Positions 58,034-64,000 of a stretch of DNA of 64,000 nucleotides are shown one piece after another (within the stretch, counting starts at the first letter, position 1; each line of letters opens with the position of its first letter). Source of the DNA: a virus. The translations under genes were made by a program, and so were the position numbers. The stretch covers positions 5,350 through 69,349 of IMG/VR virus record IMGVR_UViG_3300045988_058615. One strand, written 5' to 3'. The notes beneath the pieces are model-generated. The model saw nothing but the letters and a program-made list of their open reading frames with translations, was not told the DNA's origin and made no database searches.

Positions 58034-58823
58034 CTTGGACAAGAGTGAGATTAAGTATAACCTCACTAGATTTCCTGATGGAGAACCTCAGGTAAGTTTT
58101 CCTGACGAATTTGATAGGAAAGATTCAGTAAAGGTTATATGTAGAATTACTTCTGCTGAAGAATTATTTATTCTAACTCAAGTCGGAGACATTCTTGATA
58201 GACAAGAGATTGAGTGGGATTTGTTTATTAGCTATCTAATGTCTATGCGTATGGATAGAGTAATGAGCTTTAACCGCCCGTTTTCTCTAAAGGTGGTTTG
58301 TAGTATCTTGAATACTATGAACTATCGTTGTGTTATGATTTTGGAACCCCATTCGGAAAGAACTAAGGGATTGTTAGGAACTAGATGTTGCCCTCAAAAG
58401 TTTAACTTTGAATCGCATCTGGATATTCAATCTAATGTTGTATTCCCAGATGCTGGGGCTTACCAAAGGTACAAAAGTCTCTCTAATAATTGGGGACATA
58501 TTACATTCAATAAGGTGAGAGATTTGGAGACTGGTAAGATTAAAGAATTTTCCATTGGAAGAGAGGTTAATTGTTATTATCCGACCTTTACTTTTATTGA
58601 TGATTTGTGCGATGCTGGAGGAACGTTTCTTGGAGAGCTTAAAGTTCTTAAAGAAAGATATCCTGATGCTAAGTACGAGATTATGGTTTGTCATGCTGTA
58701 AATATTAAAGGTTTGGTAAACCTATGTAACAATTTTGATCGTGTTATAATAACTAATTCGTATTGTGATTACGGATATAAGCCTAGTAATAATAATTTAA
58801 CAGTGATAGATGTATGTGGATAG
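58011..58823 (+). CDS. prs: Ribose-phosphate pyrophosphokinase (PRPP synthetase), 270 aa
   Basis: RFPDGEPQV..., VFPDAGA..R and IDDLCDAGGT are the Prs signatures. Confidence 0.65.
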   Translation: MKLLNLINLDKSEIKYNLTRFPDGEPQVSFPDEFDRKDSVKVICRITSAEELFILTQVGDILDRQEIEWDLFISYLMSMRMDRVMSFNRPFSLKVVCSILNTMNYRCVMILEPHSERTKGLLGTRCCPQKFNFESHLDIQSNVVFPDAGAYQRYKSLSNNWGHITFNKVRDLETGKIKEFSIGREVNCYYPTFTFIDDLCDAGGTFLGELKVLKERYPDAKYEIMVCHAVNIKGLVNLCNNFDRVIITNSYCDYGYKPSNNNLTVIDVCG

Positions 58824-58838
58824 TAATTCAAAAAAGAG

Positions 58839-59141
58839 ATGGTAATTGAAGGCCCATTTTACAGGTTAACCCCAATTAACGATTCATCTCCTCGTTTCGA
58901 CTTGGAGTTGTTGTGCGACATTGGTGGTAAAAATCCGAGAAAAGAGTTCAAGGTAGTAGGATATGGATTCCTGCTAGAGTCTGCGGTGGAGAGATGTACC
59001 CACTATGCAGTTAGAAGAAAATTCGGAAAAGATGAAGTTGTAACTTTAGGTAAGTACTTGGATGAGTTTAAAAAAGCAAAGGAGGAGATTGAACTCCAAA
59101 TCTACGGAAATACAAGAAATTCTAGCGGAGAGGCTGAATAA
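58839..59141 (+). CDS. Hypothetical protein, 100 aa
   Basis: ORF. Confidence 0.4.
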   Translation: MVIEGPFYRLTPINDSSPRFDLELLCDIGGKNPRKEFKVVGYGFLLESAVERCTHYAVRRKFGKDEVVTLGKYLDEFKKAKEEIELQIYGNTRNSSGEAE

Positions 59142-59535
59142 ACTTTGTAGGTTTCTAGATGAAGAGTACGATATTAATGCTGGAGGGTGCTGCTATGTAG
59201 CATATTGCCTGGCAAAACTTCTTAGTAAGGACAAATTCAAGTTTAGAGTAATAATATACGAAGATTGTGAGTTAGAAGATAGATTTAGTGAAATTTCTAA
59301 AAGCCATTATCATTACGCTATTGGCATCGGAAATTATACAATAAATTCTGCTGGATGTGATAAGGACGAAAGTTTTTGCAGGAATATATATTATAATGTA
59401 AGAGCTTCCGAAATTCTAGACCACTACAAAAATTGTAGCTGGAACGAATATTACAATTCAGCAAAGAATAAGTTTATCTTTAGAACTATTCAAGTATTTT
59501 ATGACGACCTTACGGAAGACTTACGAGAAGGATAA
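59062..59535 (+). CDS. Hypothetical protein, 157 aa (start uncertain)
   Basis: ORF overlapping the upstream gene. Confidence 0.3.
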   Translation: MSLKKQRRRLNSKSTEIQEILAERLNKLCRFLDEEYDINAGGCCYVAYCLAKLLSKDKFKFRVIIYEDCELEDRFSEISKSHYHYAIGIGNYTINSAGCDKDESFCRNIYYNVRASEILDHYKNCSWNEYYNSAKNKFIFRTIQVFYDDLTEDLREG

Positions 59536-59788
59536 ACAGATTGTATATACACATGATAAGTTTATCTACTGTAGTTCGGTTTATCAAACGTGGGGATGGG
59601 GAGCAGCCCTCATGGAGGAGAAGTATTATTCCTCTGATAAACCTATTACACTTAAAAAGAAAAATTTAATTTCTGTAAAGAGAAAGAACTATTCACTGCA
59701 TAGGTTTTTCGAATTACAGTTTGCTCCAGAAGAATATTTAATTAATAACGGTTTTAAAATTGTAGAAAATGAAACAGGATGTAGCTGA
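59501..59788 (+). CDS. Hypothetical protein, 95 aa
   Basis: ORF. Confidence 0.35.
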   Translation: MTTLRKTYEKDKQIVYTHDKFIYCSSVYQTWGWGAALMEEKYYSSDKPITLKKKNLISVKRKNYSLHRFFELQFAPEEYLINNGFKIVENETGCS

Positions 59789-60359
59789 GTATTTGATTGA
59801 CTCGTTTGTAGACTTTAAGGGTGAGGAACACAAAATTGTAGCGTGTGCTTTAAGCCAATCTCCAGAAGAGAGTGAGGATGGTTGCAAACTTGCGGTAGGT
59901 TGGGTAAACGAAATGGACGAATTTGTCTGTGTGGACGATCCAGATTACGCAGAGGTTTGCAGAGTCGTATCTGTTGGCATCAGTGTATGTCACCCGACTG
60001 ATACGTTTGACAAGGAGAGAGGTAAAGCTAATGCCTACAATAAAGCTTTGCACGACCCTAAATGTCCTACTATCTATACTAGAGATAGAGGAGTAGCTAG
60101 TAAGACCTTGGTAAAGGCTTTCTTGAAACAAGAGGTTAATTTCCTTAAAGAGAATCCAGAGAGAATTATCAAGGGTTACAATCAGATGAAAGCCCGTTTT
60201 GACAAAAAGCAAGCTCTAAAAGCTAAAGTGGAAGGTCTCTCTGACAATGAGAAACTTGTTGTAAAACTGGCAATGAAGGAAGGTGTAGATGTAGTCGGAT
60301 GCGTTAAGCTCGCAGAGGAGGCTAAGGCTGCAGGTATTGAGATAAATGAACAAGACTAA
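59769..60359 (+). CDS. Hypothetical protein, 196 aa
   Basis: ORF. Confidence 0.5.
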   Translation: MKQDVAEYLIDSFVDFKGEEHKIVACALSQSPEESEDGCKLAVGWVNEMDEFVCVDDPDYAEVCRVVSVGISVCHPTDTFDKERGKANAYNKALHDPKCPTIYTRDRGVASKTLVKAFLKQEVNFLKENPERIIKGYNQMKARFDKKQALKAKVEGLSDNEKLVVKLAMKEGVDVVGCVKLAEEAKAAGIEINEQD

Positions 60360-60651
60360 GTTTTGCTATATTTTAATTGTCATAATGGGATTAATAATTA
60401 TATACTTGTCTGTCCCTAAGAGAGATAGTAATCCTAGCACTCCTAATGTGCAAGAGATTGTGAGGGACTCTATCATTAGAGATAGCATTTATATAGTTAA
60501 TGATTCCATTGTTGAGAAAATTAAATATATAGACAAGGAGTATGATGAGAAAGTGTCTACTATTATGTCTAGTTCTGATAGCATCAATTTGTGCTTTTTC
60601 TCAGAATACATCGACCGTTACAATAACCAGCGAACAGTTAAGGACAACTAA
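60346..60651 (+). CDS. Membrane protein, 101 aa
   Basis: N-terminal transmembrane helix. Confidence 0.4.
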   Translation: MNKTKFCYILIVIMGLIIIYLSVPKRDSNPSTPNVQEIVRDSIIRDSIYIVNDSIVEKIKYIDKEYDEKVSTIMSSSDSINLCFFSEYIDRYNNQRTVKDN

Positions 60652-60916
60652 TTTGATATTTGCTGAACATCAGAAGTTGTCTGAAACTGTTCCTTTATTG
60701 AAGAGCCAAATAACTAATTTAGAACTTATAAACAAAAGTTGGGAGAAAACGGATTCTGTTCGCAGAGTCCAGTTACTGTATTATGGAAACATAATTGAAG
60801 ATAAAAATAGATCAATTGAAGGTCTTAATAAGTCTTTAAAGAAGAAGCAGAACGTAATCAAATATGGAGCTGCTGGCTCATGTGTATTAATATTATTATG
60901 CCTATTACTGAAGTAA
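60542..60916 (+). CDS. Signal-peptide coiled-coil protein, 124 aa
   Basis: MMRKCLLLCLVLIASICAFSQ and a C-terminal hydrophobic anchor. Confidence 0.4.
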   Translation: MMRKCLLLCLVLIASICAFSQNTSTVTITSEQLRTTNLIFAEHQKLSETVPLLKSQITNLELINKSWEKTDSVRRVQLLYYGNIIEDKNRSIEGLNKSLKKKQNVIKYGAAGSCVLILLCLLLK

Positions 60917-61089
60917 TGTTTAAGGACAAAGATGGTTTTCACTATAAACATCCTGAACGTAGCTGTACTAGGTGTAAGAACTATCCCTGTTTGCCAAATA
61001 TGGACAAACTACAAGGGGACTTTGCCTCTTATGGTTGCAGGAAGTTCGAGGATATTAATACCTTTGAGGTGTGGAAACCAAAGAAGTAA
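60880..61089 (+). CDS. Small Cys-containing protein, 69 aa
   Basis: CTRCKNYPC...C. Confidence 0.35.
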   Translation: MCINIIMPITEVMFKDKDGFHYKHPERSCTRCKNYPCLPNMDKLQGDFASYGCRKFEDINTFEVWKPKK

Positions 61090-61394
61090 CTTACCATGTT
61101 AAGTTTGTAGCTGAATGTGAGGACGGAATGGGTTATGCAAATTATGTCTTTGAACGTCTAGAATATGATAATCTAGATTACAAAGACATAATGTGTGTTC
61201 GATTTCCGAATTGGAACCAGTGTTCTATGAAATTAGGTGATGTTGGATATGTATCTCTGAGATATGTAGAAGAAGGCATCGATAAATGGTACGATGGTAC
61301 AGATTTCGTTCCATATAAGGAGACGAATATAATTTTCCTGAAATTTATTCATGAAAAACCGTCTCTAGAATGTGGACAAATATTATTAGATTAA
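61071..61394 (+). CDS. Hypothetical protein, 107 aa
   Basis: ORF. Confidence 0.45.
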   Translation: METKEVTYHVKFVAECEDGMGYANYVFERLEYDNLDYKDIMCVRFPNWNQCSMKLGDVGYVSLRYVEEGIDKWYDGTDFVPYKETNIIFLKFIHEKPSLECGQILLD

Positions 61395-61438
61395 CATTAA
61401 AATTAGATGAACTATGAAGTATTTTTAAAGAATAATTT

Positions 61439-62302
61439 ATGACTGTATTAGGAGATAAGCTGAGAGAGGCTTTGAATGATAAAGCAAACGATGTTAATAG
61501 CTATGTATGGAAAGGACCTAAAGTAAATGGAGTCCAGGAGGAAATAAAGTTAGTGGATGCTGATTATGACCAGCTGAAGCGCTTCTATAACCACTGTGAA
61601 CAAATGTTGTACAACTCGGATACCAAGAATCCGGGTCGTTTAACATTACTCGATATAGTGTCCGACCAAATACAGAGATGTCGAGCAGAGCTTCTTATTA
61701 GATGGCTTAGAGCTGAGAAACAATACACAAACACTCGCTGTTTAGAAGACCTGAGAATTACCATCAAGAATAATAAAGAGATTTTGACCAATGAGGCTAT
61801 TAAAGTTTATCCTATTGGAAATATTCTTAATGGTATCCCTGTAGAATTTAGAGAAGTACCTGTAAGTCTAGTTATGGATGCTTGTCTTGATTCTCTAGGA
61901 TTGTTTGATAACTCTCATTTGACATTGAATTTTATTGTCAAGATGGGACTTTGGTTTACACAGCAGGAAATGCAAAAAGATTTGTATCGCAAAGACCCTG
62001 TAACAGGCAAGGCTGTTAATAGACTTTTGGTGGTAAGTAAGGAACTTCGTTTGAACCCTTCTATTTCTCTTAAAATCTGTGATACTGGATTAAGTTATGC
62101 TGAATTTAGATCGATGTGTAGACTAAAACGAGATAAATATGCGAACTTAACTAGTGATCAGTTGAGACTATTGTCAAGCAAAGTTCTTTATCGCTTCCAG
62201 AACCAATGTGAAAGCCAGGCTAAACAGTGGAAGGACAAAATGGAAGAAATTAAGAAAGTTGCTGAACTTAAAGGTTGGGACATCACTAGAAATATAGACT
62301 AA
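61439..62302 (+). CDS. Hypothetical protein, 287 aa
   Basis: ORF. Confidence 0.55.
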   Translation: MTVLGDKLREALNDKANDVNSYVWKGPKVNGVQEEIKLVDADYDQLKRFYNHCEQMLYNSDTKNPGRLTLLDIVSDQIQRCRAELLIRWLRAEKQYTNTRCLEDLRITIKNNKEILTNEAIKVYPIGNILNGIPVEFREVPVSLVMDACLDSLGLFDNSHLTLNFIVKMGLWFTQQEMQKDLYRKDPVTGKAVNRLLVVSKELRLNPSISLKICDTGLSYAEFRSMCRLKRDKYANLTSDQLRLLSSKVLYRFQNQCESQAKQWKDKMEEIKKVAELKGWDITRNID

Positions 62303-63579
62303 TGAAGGACCTTTTTACTCCTGTCACTCGTGATGAGCGGCAGGAGGAGTCCGTCAAGAAGTGGATTAAGTCCAAGGGAAGAGGTACAATAGTTGCTTGT
62401 ACTGGATATGGAAAGACTAGAGTTGCTACTATTATTATAGGAAAACTTATTTCTAAGTATCCTTCTATCAGGGTATTAGTAGTCGTTCCAAATTCTACTT
62501 TGCAAGAACAATGGTCTGGAATCCTAGATAATTTAGGATATGGATTAAATGTCGAAGTTGGAATTATTAATTCCATGGCAAAGAACGGGTATGATTGTGA
62601 CCTTCTAATTCTGGATGAAATTCACAGATGTCCTGCTGATACTTTCTCTTCTGTATTTACTAAGGTAAAATATAAACTTATTCTCGGCTTAACTGCTACT
62701 ATAGAGAGGCTCGATGGAAAGCACAGTATCATAGAAAAATACTGTCCAGAGATTGATAATATCTCTATAGAAGTAGCTAAAGCCAATGGTTGGGTATCAA
62801 ACTTTTCAGAATATCAAGTTATAATAACGGTGGATGACATAGACTTGTATAGAAAATATAACAAGGAGTTTGTTCAACATTTTGAATATTTTAACTTTGA
62901 TTTTGGCTTAGTTATGAGTATGTTAGGTCCAAACGGATTTGTCAATAGGGCTAAGTATAGGGACGAACTATGTAGCCGAAACAGCAAGCTGGATAGGAAA
63001 GAAGTTTTCAAAGAAATTACTTTTCATGCTACGGCATTTATGAGAGCTTTGCAGAGTAGGAAAAAGTTCATATACAATCATGCTAAGAAGCTAGAAGTAG
63101 CCAAGGAGATAATCAAGTATAGGTCTGATAAGAAAATCATTACCTTTTCAGCTAATGTGAAAATGGCTGAAAGCATAGGTATAGGATACGTTTATACTGG
63201 AAGAGAGAGTAAAAAGAAAAACAGAATAACTATAGAGGAATTTTCCACACTTAGCTCCGGAGTGCTTAATAGCGTCCAGTTAGCTAATGAGGGTTTAGAC
63301 TGTAAGGGTTTATCTGTTGGTATTGTTCTTGGTTTAGATTCCAGTCCTATAAAGAGTAAGCAGAGAACTGGTAGGGTAATACGAAAGGAAGAACCTACTA
63401 AGTATGCCGAAATGTTCACAATTGTTATTGAGAACACTGTAGAGTGTGAATGGTACAAGAAATCACACGAAGGAGTGAATTATATAACTATTGATGAAGA
63501 GAATCTTATGAAAGTTCTAAGGGGAGAACCCTATGAGCCTTATAAGAAGAAAATACAAAATTTTACTTATCGTTTTTAA
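62302..63579 (+). CDS. Superfamily-2 DEAD/DEAH-box helicase, 425 aa
   Basis: Motif I ACTGYGKT, motif II LILDEIH, motif III GLTAT, motif VI QRTGRVIR. Confidence 0.75.
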   Translation: MKDLFTPVTRDERQEESVKKWIKSKGRGTIVACTGYGKTRVATIIIGKLISKYPSIRVLVVVPNSTLQEQWSGILDNLGYGLNVEVGIINSMAKNGYDCDLLILDEIHRCPADTFSSVFTKVKYKLILGLTATIERLDGKHSIIEKYCPEIDNISIEVAKANGWVSNFSEYQVIITVDDIDLYRKYNKEFVQHFEYFNFDFGLVMSMLGPNGFVNRAKYRDELCSRNSKLDRKEVFKEITFHATAFMRALQSRKKFIYNHAKKLEVAKEIIKYRSDKKIITFSANVKMAESIGIGYVYTGRESKKKNRITIEEFSTLSSGVLNSVQLANEGLDCKGLSVGIVLGLDSSPIKSKQRTGRVIRKEEPTKYAEMFTIVIENTVECEWYKKSHEGVNYITIDEENLMKVLRGEPYEPYKKKIQNFTYRF

Positions 63580-63582
63580 TTA

Positions 63583-63750
63583 TGGAAACTTATTACACTA
63601 AGAAAGAGTATAATGAGATGAAATCCGCACTTACTAAGAAATGTAAGTCGCTAGAAACTAAAGTTAGTAAACTGACATCTGAGTTGAAGAAATTAAAGAA
63701 GGATTACGCAATACTTCTTGAAACCGCCAACGAAAAGGTTGAGGACTAAA
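63583..63750 (+). CDS. Small coiled-coil protein, 55 aa
   Basis: METYYTKKEYNEMKSALTKKCKSLETKVSKLTSELKKLKKDYAILLETANEKVED. Confidence 0.35.
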
Positions 63751-64000
63751 GTTTATCACGTAACTAAGTTTTAACACCTTAACAGGTAAACTAGACTTAG
63801 TGTATAGATTAGTAGAAAATCTATTAATTTGTACACGTGAGAAATCTTGAATTGAAACAACAGCTTCTGTTTTGTGAGAAATATAGTATAAATCCGAGCG
63901 AGTTGTTGTTGTTAGAAATTATTCTTATTGCCCAAGAAGGCGACGAACCAGAAATTGTCCATGAGTATTTCTCTTCCAGAGTATGTGCTCGTGGTTTTAC

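Overview
This window reads as a Crassvirales-like (crAss-like) phage of a Bacteroidota host, built from two opposed modules. The late/structural module (about 1-22340, mostly minus strand) is only intact if in-frame TAG is read as a sense codon. The direct evidence is that the TAG falls in the conserved 'SQ' of a reverse-transcriptase motif, in Q-rich coiled-coils of the portal, and throughout a 786-aa terminase large subunit. A matching amber-suppressor tRNA(CUA) that is a clear derivative of the phage's own tRNA-Gln(UUG) lies on the minus strand at 21730-21801. A diversity-generating retroelement (DGR) sits inside this recoded module: an RT at 3132-4193, a template repeat TR at 4338-4436, and a variable repeat VR1 at the 3' end of a 607-aa tail-fibre gene (4511-6331), with essentially adenine-specific TR/VR mismatches. 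A candidate second, remote VR lies about 25 kb away on the other strand, inside the plus-strand gene 28952-29497. The early/auxiliary module (22659-64000, plus strand, standard code) carries about 30 tRNA genes, several of them atypical, one with CUA in a 6-nt anticodon loop, one with a 19-nt loop, and one with a duplicated 3' half. It also carries a tmRNA-like gene (41155-41701) and tRNA-repair-type enzymes (a 2H phosphoesterase, an AAA+ ATPase, a radical-SAM enzyme). Other auxiliary genes are an NAD+ salvage set (NadV, a HAD hydrolase, PRPP synthetase), a DUF2829/Tad2-like protein, a lipoprotein-NfeD-flotillin operon, a decayed second SPFH gene, an OmpA-family outer-membrane protein, a glucosaminidase, RNase H and an SF2 helicase. 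There are HNH and GIY-YIG homing endonucleases; the GIY-YIG gene contains in-frame TAG even though it sits in the standard-code module. All late-gene coordinates come from hand translation and are approximate. No database search was possible.
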